From: an uncultured Gemmatimonadota bacterium
Lineage (GTDB): Bacteria > SM23-81
DNA: 17,248 nt
Direction of reading: 5' to 3'
NCBI GenBank assembly: GCA_964584035.1
Contig: CAZOYL010000015.1
Coordinates: 14,806 to 32,053 of the forward strand
The position numbers and the translations under genes were made by a program. Of this stretch, positions 9,452 to 15,025 are shown piece after piece (the stretch's first letter is position 1; the number at the start of each line of letters is the position of its first letter). The notes beneath the pieces are model-generated. The model did not search any database, was not told the DNA's origin, and was given only the letters and a program-made list of their open reading frames with translations.

Positions 9452-10282
9452 TCACCGTCCACGACTCTCCCAGGGTTTCCACAGATCTCTCCACCCCCGG
9501 GTCTCTTCCCCGGCCGTCCCCCGGGTCTGCTCCTCGGTGGCGTGAACCTCCGCCCAGCTGCGCGGTTTTCTCTGCTCCTCCTGATCCGTGCCGGCCCGGT
9601 ACTTTCGGAGCAGCTCGCGAAGCCCGGTGTTGGCTATTACGGCCGTCAGGCTGACGGCCAAAAAGAAGAAGCCGGCCACCGAGACCAGGCCAAGCGCCAG
9701 CACGACCACCAACGAGAGGGCTAACGCCAGGGAAAAAAACAGGTTGTCCAGGGCCAGCAGGAAGCTGTTGCGCAGCACGCTCCTGACGGAGAAATCCTTC
9801 TGCACCAGCAGCGCCAGGGCATACATCCCCATCAGGGCCACGGCCAGGTAAGCCCAGACCATCAATCCGCTGATCAGGGCCCCTAAAAAAGGCACTCTTC
9901 CCAACCAGGCGCCGTAGAAATAGACGTTGATGCTCAGCAACAGGGCGGTCAGGGAGAAACACAGCCATAGGACCAGGGCGCTGCCGAAATGTCTCCGTAG
10001 GGCCGGGAAAAAGACCTTCACCGGGGCCGTTCGGTAATCGGCCCAGAGGGCCGCCACCTGCCACAAAGCTGCGGAAACAGGAGACAGCAGGCATTGCAGA
10101 AGACCGACCCCGGCCAGCATCAAACCGAACAACCCGTGACCCGTGGCCATCTGACCCCACCCCAGGGCGATCAGCAGGAGGGTCAGGGCCAGCCAGGGCA
10201 GGCTGAGCAGGGACCACAGGAGATTGAGCAGAACGCAGCTGCCCAGGTGATCATAGGCGTTCCAGAAGGATTTCCTGGCCAT
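9452..10282 (-). CDS. Integral membrane protein, DUF624/YesL-like (about 5-6 TM segments); start uncertain
   Basis: AYDHLGSCVLLNLLWSLLSLPWL N-terminal pattern, multiple hydrophobic helices, 'VKVFFPALRRHF' amphipathic segment and a charged C-terminal tail. The family is assigned by recognition only. Confidence 0.65.
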   Translation of the reverse strand: MARKSFWNAYDHLGSCVLLNLLWSLLSLPWLALTLLLIALGWGQMATGHGLFGLMLAGVGLLQCLLSPVSAALWQVAALWADYRTAPVKVFFPALRRHFGSALVLWLCFSLTALLLSINVYFYGAWLGRVPFLGALISGLMVWAYLAVALMGMYALALLVQKDFSVRSVLRNSFLLALDNLFFSLALALSLVVVLALGLVSVAGFFFLAVSLTAVIANTGLRELLRKYRAGTDQEEQRKPRSWAEVHATEEQTRGTAGEETRGWRDLWKPWESRGR

Positions 10283-10356
10283 CCGGCCAAGAGTTGTCGG
10301 CAGATGGTCGCGTATGATCGCTCTCCCGCGGCGGACGGACACGGTTCTTTTCCGGC

Positions 10357-10386
10357 CCGTGTATTTGAGACCGGTGTATTTCGGAC
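10357..10386. repeat. 15-bp tandem near-repeat (CCGTGTATTTGAGAC / CGGTGTATTTCGGAC)
   Basis: 12/15 identity; core GTGTATTT at 10359 and 10374. Confidence 0.5.
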
Positions 10387-10397
10387 AAGTACTATAA

Positions 10398-10425
10398 TTA
10401 GACCGATTTTTCTTGACACAGTTGC
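10398..10425 (-). promoter_or_regulatory. Candidate ECF-type promoter for the leftward operon (GCAAC-N17-GTCTAA); overlaps a weak sigma70-like GTGTCA-N17-TATAGT (10419-10391)
   Basis: Minus strand reads GCAAC-TGTGTCAAGAAAAATCG-GTCTAA. The spacing matches the RpoE-type AAC-N17-GTC pattern. Confidence 0.35.
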
Positions 10426-10446
10426 TATTTTTCGCTATGGTAAAAA
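10413..10446 (+). promoter_or_regulatory. Candidate housekeeping sigma70 promoter for the ECF module
   Basis: Perfect TTGACA (10413-10418), 17 nt, TATGGT (10436-10441). An extended -10 TGnTAAAAT is also present at 10438-10446. Confidence 0.6.
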
Positions 10447-10466
10447 TATTAACTTCCCCTGGTAAA

Positions 10467-10495
10467 TGCAACTTTTTAATTTGGGAAGACGTAAA
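10467..10495 (+). promoter_or_regulatory. SigW-like ECF promoter TGCAAC-N17-CGTAAA, probably autoregulatory
   Basis: TGCAAC 10467-10472, T-tract spacer, CGTA 10490-10493. Resembles the B. subtilis SigW consensus TGAAAC-N16-CGTA and sits immediately upstream of an ECF sigma gene. Confidence 0.6.
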
Positions 10496-10499
10496 CAAA

Positions 10500-11108
10500 A
10501 TGAGTACCACCGGGCAAAAAGACGCTGCTCAAAAAGACGGCCGGCAAAAAAAAGCCGTTCAGGAGCTCATTGAAAAGGCGCTGGCCGGAGATCAGGCCGC
10601 CTTCACCAAGTTGCTGAACCGGCACAAACGGCTGGCTTTTCAGCTGGCCGTCGGCATCGTCAAGAATCCCACCGAGGCCGACGATCTGGTGCAGGAGTCG
10701 TTCATCAAAGCCTTCGCAGCCCTGGAGCGATACAATCCCCAGTATGCCTTCACCACCTGGCTGTGCAAGATCGTCACCAATCACTGCCTCGATCATCTGC
10801 GCCGCAGAAAGATCCAGGCCTGTTCGCTGGATGAGCCGATCAAGGGCCGCAGCGGCACGATCAAGAGGGAAATCCCCGACTGGAGCCGCAATCCGGAGTG
10901 GCTGCTGGCGCGCAAGCAGCGCACCCTGTCGATCGATCAGGCCATTGACGGCCTGCCTCCGCGATACCGGCGGGTGATCGTCTTGCGGCACAAGGAAGAT
11001 CGCTCCTACGAGGACATCGCCGACATCCTGAACATCCCCCTGGGAACGGTCAAGGCCCAGATCTTCCGAGCCCGCGAGCTGCTCAAGAAAAAACTCAAGG
11101 GGCTGTAA
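10500..11108 (+). CDS. ECF RNA polymerase sigma factor 1 (SigW-like)
   Basis: Region 2: GDQAAFTKLL...ADDLVQESFIKAF...AFTTWLCKIVTNHCLDHLRRRK. Region 4: LPPRYRRVIVLRHKEDRSYEDIADILNIPLGTVKAQIFRARELL. ATG at 10500 has no SD. Confidence 0.95.
   Translation: MSTTGQKDAAQKDGRQKKAVQELIEKALAGDQAAFTKLLNRHKRLAFQLAVGIVKNPTEADDLVQESFIKAFAALERYNPQYAFTTWLCKIVTNHCLDHLRRRKIQACSLDEPIKGRSGTIKREIPDWSRNPEWLLARKQRTLSIDQAIDGLPPRYRRVIVLRHKEDRSYEDIADILNIPLGTVKAQIFRARELLKKKLKGL
10515..10554 (+). repeat. Three CAAAAA(GACG) units at 15-bp period encoding QKD-AA-QKD-GR-QKK
   Basis: Units start at 10515, 10530 and 10545; the third contains an A8 run. Confidence 0.6.
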
Positions 11109-11143
11109 TACCGAAGTGACAGAAAGAAAAGAGGTGTCCGATC

Positions 11144-12268
11144 ATGTCTCAACCGATTATGTCCAAACTGATCATCTCCCCGCGAAGAATGTTTTCTCTC
11201 GGCGCGACCGCAGCTTTGCTGCTGATGTTCCTGCCCTCGCTGGTATCTCCGGCCCTGGCCGGACGCCAGGAATATGCCTTCGAGGAGGAGCGGAGCATCA
11301 CTCTGGAGGCCGGCGCCTCCATCACCGTCCAGAACATCAGCGGCCGTATCGATGTCCGCGGCTGGGGCGGCGATCACGTCCGGGTGACGACGACCAAGCG
11401 AGTCAAGGCCGGTTCCCGGGAAGAGGCCCGGGAGTGGGCCGAGAAGATCGAGATCATCATCGAGAAAAATGGTCAGGAACTTTTCGTCGAGGCCAAAAGA
11501 CCGAGAGACTGGACCGAATCCCTGGAATCTCTCCTGGATGGGATCTTCCAGAAGAAACCTTCCGCCAGCGTCGATTTCGAGATCGACACACCGCGGGATG
11601 TGCATGTTGAGATCTCATCCGTCAGCGGAGACATCTCGGCCCGGAATATCATCGGAGAGGTCGATATCGACGTGGTCAGCGGAGACATAGAGATTCACGA
11701 TACCGGCTCCGATGTGACCATCGATGCGATCAGCGGCGACATGGTCATCAAGGAGGTCGCCGGGAACGTGGACGTGGACGCCGTCAGCGGAGACACACGG
11801 CTGCAGAACATCGGCGGCAACGTCCGCATCGACGTGACCAGCGGAGACGTTATCGCCGAAGGCGTTGACGGCAATCTGTATATCGACGGCACCAGCGGCG
11901 ATGTGTCCGCCACGGACATCTTCGGGGACATCAACATCGACGTCACCAGCGGCGATATCCACGTGGTCCAAAAGGCCGGCGAGCTGCGCATCGACACCAG
12001 CAGCGGGGACGTCGCGGTGGAAACGGCCATGATCAAGGCCGGCCGCTATACGGTGGAAACATCCAGCGGCCGGATCACCTTCCGGGTGCCCATCGACGCC
12101 TCCAGCACCATAGACATGGAAACCTCCGGGGGAAGGATCACGGCCAAACTGCCCATGACCATCGAGTCCATGTCCCGAACCCATCTGGTCGGCACCCTGG
12201 GAGATGGTGAGGGCGAGATCGTTTTGTCCACCTCGGGGGGCGATATCGATCTGCTCCCGTCAGATTAA
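11144..12268 (+). CDS. Secreted DUF4097 ('Toastrack'-type) beta-solenoid protein
   Basis: SD GAGGTG; signal peptide ending SPALA; ITVQNISGRIDVRGW N-terminal motif; repeated SGD rungs; C-terminal G.G.GEIVLSTSGGDI motif typical of DUF4097. Confidence 0.85.
   Translation: MSQPIMSKLIISPRRMFSLGATAALLLMFLPSLVSPALAGRQEYAFEEERSITLEAGASITVQNISGRIDVRGWGGDHVRVTTTKRVKAGSREEAREWAEKIEIIIEKNGQELFVEAKRPRDWTESLESLLDGIFQKKPSASVDFEIDTPRDVHVEISSVSGDISARNIIGEVDIDVVSGDIEIHDTGSDVTIDAISGDMVIKEVAGNVDVDAVSGDTRLQNIGGNVRIDVTSGDVIAEGVDGNLYIDGTSGDVSATDIFGDINIDVTSGDIHVVQKAGELRIDTSSGDVAVETAMIKAGRYTVETSSGRITFRVPIDASSTIDMETSGGRITAKLPMTIESMSRTHLVGTLGDGEGEIVLSTSGGDIDLLPSD
11624..12010 (+). repeat. Intragenic 54-bp (18-aa) periodic repeat, eight AGCGGNGAY (Ser-Gly-Asp) units
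   Basis: Motif starts at 11624, 11678, 11732, 11786, 11840, 11894, 11948 and 12002, exactly 54 bp apart. Confidence 0.9.
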
Positions 12269-12295
12269 CCTTCGCAGATCAGAGGTGAGATGATT

Positions 12296-13567
12296 ATGAA
12301 TCACTTTTCACATTCGATCAAAACGGCTGTCTCTCTCAGCGGCCTTCTTGTCATCATCACGCTCACCCTTCTCTTTCATGCGGCCGCCTGCATGGCGGAG
12401 GAGCCGGACACGGCGGCCGCCCGGGAAAAGACGGTGCCACCGGTGAAGGTGGATGTAAAGGCTCAAACAGATCTCGCCGAAGCAGATACTGCCGGAAAAG
12501 CCTCTCGCGTGCGCCTGAAGATCGAAACCAAAGAAAAGGATCAGGCGACCACCAGGAATATCGTCATCGACGAAGAGGGCATCATCCTCAATGGTAAAAA
12601 ATACCATTACGAAGATTTAGAGGATTCCATCGTCTCCTCTCTGACCATCGAGGGCGGCAGCATCATCAAATTCGGGGAACCCCTGGTGGTGAAGAAGGAC
12701 GAGATCGTGGACGGTGATGTGCTCTCCCTGGGCGGCGACGTCACCGTGGCCGGAACCGTCACCGGCGATGTGGCCATCGTCGGAGCCAATCTTCACCTGC
12801 TGTCCACCGGCGTGATCAAAGGGGACATGCTGACCTTCGGGGGATCCATTCATCAGGAACCCGGTGGAGAAATTCGCGGACAGCGGGTCGGCATGCTTCC
12901 GAAAGACTTTCGCGGCTATGGTCCCTTTCCCATGATCTTCAATCCCCTGGAGGACCTGATCACCTTCGGCATCCCGCTGCTGTTTTTTGTCATCATGTCC
13001 TTTCTCTTTCTGGCCCTGGCGGGATTTTTCGCCCCCCGCCATATCGAACGGATCGCAGAAACCATCGAGATCGCTCCGCTGAAATCGATCCTGCTGGGCT
13101 TCGCGGCCATAGTTCTGGCCCTGCCGCTGTTCCTGCTGCTGTGCGTGACCATCATCGGAATCCCGGTGGCCCTCATCGCCCAGCCCATCGCCTATTTCGT
13201 GGCTGGCATCATGGGTTTTGCCGGGGTCAGCCTCTTCGTGGGAACAAAGCTCCAACACGGTACCAGCCTGAGCTCGAAATCGCCCCTGTCGAGGATCTTC
13301 CTGGGCGCCCTGATCATCGAGGCGGCCCTGATCCTGGCGTGGTTCTTCACCCTCGGCGGCAAACCCTTTGCGCCGCTGTTCTGGCTCTTTTATCTGATCG
13401 GCTGGATCGTTTACCTGGTGGCCATCATGGCCGGTTTGGGGGCCGTCATCTGGACCCGTTTCGGCATCCGGCCCATTGCCATTGCGGGCGCCGAGACGCC
13501 TCCGGTCCCGCCATCGACAGGTACGGATCGATCCGATGATGAATCCGAAGCGCCGGCCCCGATGTGA
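12296..13567 (+). CDS. Membrane protein: N-terminal signal/TM, bactofilin-like (polymer-forming) beta-helix, about 5 C-terminal TM helices (start 12290 or 12296)
   Basis: SD GAGGTG. Beta-helix repeats VDGDVLSLGGDVTVAGTVTGDVAIVGANL...IKGDMLTFGG; hydrophobic C-terminal half containing 'CVTIIGIPVA'. Confidence 0.8.
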   Translation: MNHFSHSIKTAVSLSGLLVIITLTLLFHAAACMAEEPDTAAAREKTVPPVKVDVKAQTDLAEADTAGKASRVRLKIETKEKDQATTRNIVIDEEGIILNGKKYHYEDLEDSIVSSLTIEGGSIIKFGEPLVVKKDEIVDGDVLSLGGDVTVAGTVTGDVAIVGANLHLLSTGVIKGDMLTFGGSIHQEPGGEIRGQRVGMLPKDFRGYGPFPMIFNPLEDLITFGIPLLFFVIMSFLFLALAGFFAPRHIERIAETIEIAPLKSILLGFAAIVLALPLFLLLCVTIIGIPVALIAQPIAYFVAGIMGFAGVSLFVGTKLQHGTSLSSKSPLSRIFLGALIIEAALILAWFFTLGGKPFAPLFWLFYLIGWIVYLVAIMAGLGAVIWTRFGIRPIAIAGAETPPVPPSTGTDRSDDESEAPAPM

Positions 13568-13645
13568 TGCTTTCCGATCAGGCAGGAGACAAGGCCGATC
13601 ATTCGAAATACGCTTATGTTCGGCGGCGGCTTGAAATAGCTTCAG

Positions 13646-13676
13646 ACCCGGTGCCCCTGCGGCACCGGGTTTTTTT
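13646..13676 (+). terminator. Rho-independent terminator ending module 1
   Basis: Perfect 10-bp stem ACCCGGTGCC / GGCACCGGGT with loop CCTGC, followed by a T-tract (13670-13676). Confidence 0.9.
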
Positions 13677-13695
13677 AGGACAGAGGATTTTTTCC

Positions 13696-13725
13696 GGCAA
13701 CCTTTCGATGGCCGGTATGCGTCGT
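13696..13725 (+). promoter_or_regulatory. ECF-type promoter GGCAACCTTT...CGTCGT upstream of sigma 2
   Basis: GCAACC 13697-13702, 17 nt, CGTC 13720-13723. Lies about 20 nt after the terminator and about 35 nt before the probable start codon. Confidence 0.6.
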
Positions 13726-13759
13726 ATCTTACGGTTTGAGACGAACTGGGGGGCAGGGC

Positions 13760-14347
13760 TTGAAAAGTGAACCCACGGACCAGGACCTCATTCTCTGCCG
13801 GCGATGTCAGCGTGGAGACATCAACGCCCTGGAGGAGTTATACAGACGGCATAAGGACAAAGTCTATGCCCTCGCCCTCCGGTTGACCAACAACGTTCAG
13901 GATGCCGAGGATATCGTCCAGGATGTCTTTGTCCAGGTCTATCGAAAAATCGGAGACTTCCGGGAAGAGGCCGCTTTCACCTCCTGGCTGTATCGTGTCG
14001 CCACCAACATCGCCCTGAGCGCGCTGCGACGCCGAAAACGCCGCTGGGGAATGGAAACGGGCCAGAACCCGGGTCCCCCGGAGGAAGGCCGCCGGTCGGA
14101 AACCGGTAAGATACTCAAGCCCTTTCTGGAAGATGCCATCGCCGCGCTGCCGCCCAGGGCCCGGTTGATCTTCGTGCTTCACGACATTCAAGGGTTTCAG
14201 CATAATGAGATTGCCGACATGCTCGACTGTTCCGAGGGAACCTCAAAATCACAACTCCACAAGGCCCGGGCGCAATTACGTAAAAACCTGCGGCCGCGGT
14301 TGAACATGATCGCCGACCTGAGCAATGTCATGCTGGAGAAAGCCTAA
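13760..14347 (+). CDS. ECF RNA polymerase sigma factor 2
   Basis: GDINALEELYRRH...DAEDIVQDVFVQVY...FREEAAFTSWLYRVATN; LPPRARLIFVLHDIQGFQHNEIADMLDCSEGTSKSQLHKAR. Probable TTG start at 13760 after a G-rich SD-like run; alternative TTG at 13736. Confidence 0.93.
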   Translation: MKSEPTDQDLILCRRCQRGDINALEELYRRHKDKVYALALRLTNNVQDAEDIVQDVFVQVYRKIGDFREEAAFTSWLYRVATNIALSALRRRKRRWGMETGQNPGPPEEGRRSETGKILKPFLEDAIAALPPRARLIFVLHDIQGFQHNEIADMLDCSEGTSKSQLHKARAQLRKNLRPRLNMIADLSNVMLEKA

Positions 14348-15025
14348 ATGGGCTGCGTGAACATCCAAAAACGGCTCTGGGAATACGCCGGCGGGGAACT
14401 ACCTCCCGAATGGACCGCCGAGGTGGAGCAACATCTCGACCTCTGCCCGCGATGCCGGGAGGCGCTCGACCAGATCCACCTGCTGTCATCGGCGTCCCGC
14501 GATCTGGCCGAGACAACGCTGAAAAAAGACCTCTGGCCCGGGATCCAGGAGCGGGTCCTGGCGCCGGCCGAACCCGTACCGGCGAGGCGCCGCCGTCCGG
14601 CGCCGCTGTCGGGATGGCGCTCACGACTGACCTGGGCCATGGGTGCGGTCAGCCTGCTGTTGATCCTGTTCATCGCCGGCCAGCAGCTCCGTTCGCCGGG
14701 CCCACAGGCCCCCACCGTTCCGGCGCAGAGCCGGCAGCCGGAGGACGCCCGAAACGACATCGAGCTGGCCCGGCAGCATTACGAGCGGTCCGCTCAAGCT
14801 CTGGAGACGATCGTGGCCCACCGCTCCCAGGATATCGATCTCGACCAGGTCCTTTTGTACCGGGATAAGCTGGATCAGCTGGAAACGGTGATCGCCGAAT
14901 GTTCCCAGGCGCTGCAGAATAATCGCTATGATGTCCGAGCGCAACAAACCCTATTTAACGCCTATGACCAGAAGATATCGACACTTCGGGAGTTGGCCGT
15001 GGTCAGCTCCACTTCATCTCCCTGA
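14348..15025 (+). CDS. zf-HC2 (ZAS) anti-sigma factor with one TM helix and a helical extracytoplasmic domain
   Basis: Abuts the sigma 2 stop (TAA-ATG). MGC...LWEYAGGEL...EVEQHLDLCPRC gives HxxxCxxC; TM LTWAMGAVSLLLILFIAG; amphipathic helical C-terminal domain. Confidence 0.9.
   Translation: MGCVNIQKRLWEYAGGELPPEWTAEVEQHLDLCPRCREALDQIHLLSSASRDLAETTLKKDLWPGIQERVLAPAEPVPARRRRPAPLSGWRSRLTWAMGAVSLLLILFIAGQQLRSPGPQAPTVPAQSRQPEDARNDIELARQHYERSAQALETIVAHRSQDIDLDQVLLYRDKLDQLETVIAECSQALQNNRYDVRAQQTLFNAYDQKISTLRELAVVSSTSSP

Noticed and set aside
2206..9654. Long plus-strand ORFs (e.g. 2764-3606, 3603-4640, 4717-6612, 6260-7510, 7411-8982)
   Set aside because: Antisense shadows of well-supported minus-strand genes, expected with high GC and codon bias; no recognisable motifs.
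10365..10398. Perfect plus-strand TATAAT at 10393 with TTGAGA at 10365
   Set aside because: The 22-nt spacer is too long and there is no extended -10 TG. The same bases serve better as the minus-strand -10.
10283..10510. ORF-track N-terminal extensions of the membrane protein (to 10510) and sigma 1 (from 10413)
   Set aside because: They overlap each other and cross the AT-rich promoter region. Similar over-extensions were trimmed for glnA, acpS, the amidohydrolase and the propeller using SD positions and gene overlaps.
11624..12010. Regularly spaced DNA motif (54-bp period) that superficially resembles a CRISPR-like array
   Set aside because: The conserved part is only ~9 bp and varies at third codon positions. 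It encodes in-frame beta-solenoid rungs, and there is no leader or cas gene.
13564..13770. 68-aa ORF bridging modules 1 and 2
   Set aside because: It runs through the intrinsic terminator and the ECF promoter, has no SD and does not look like a protein.
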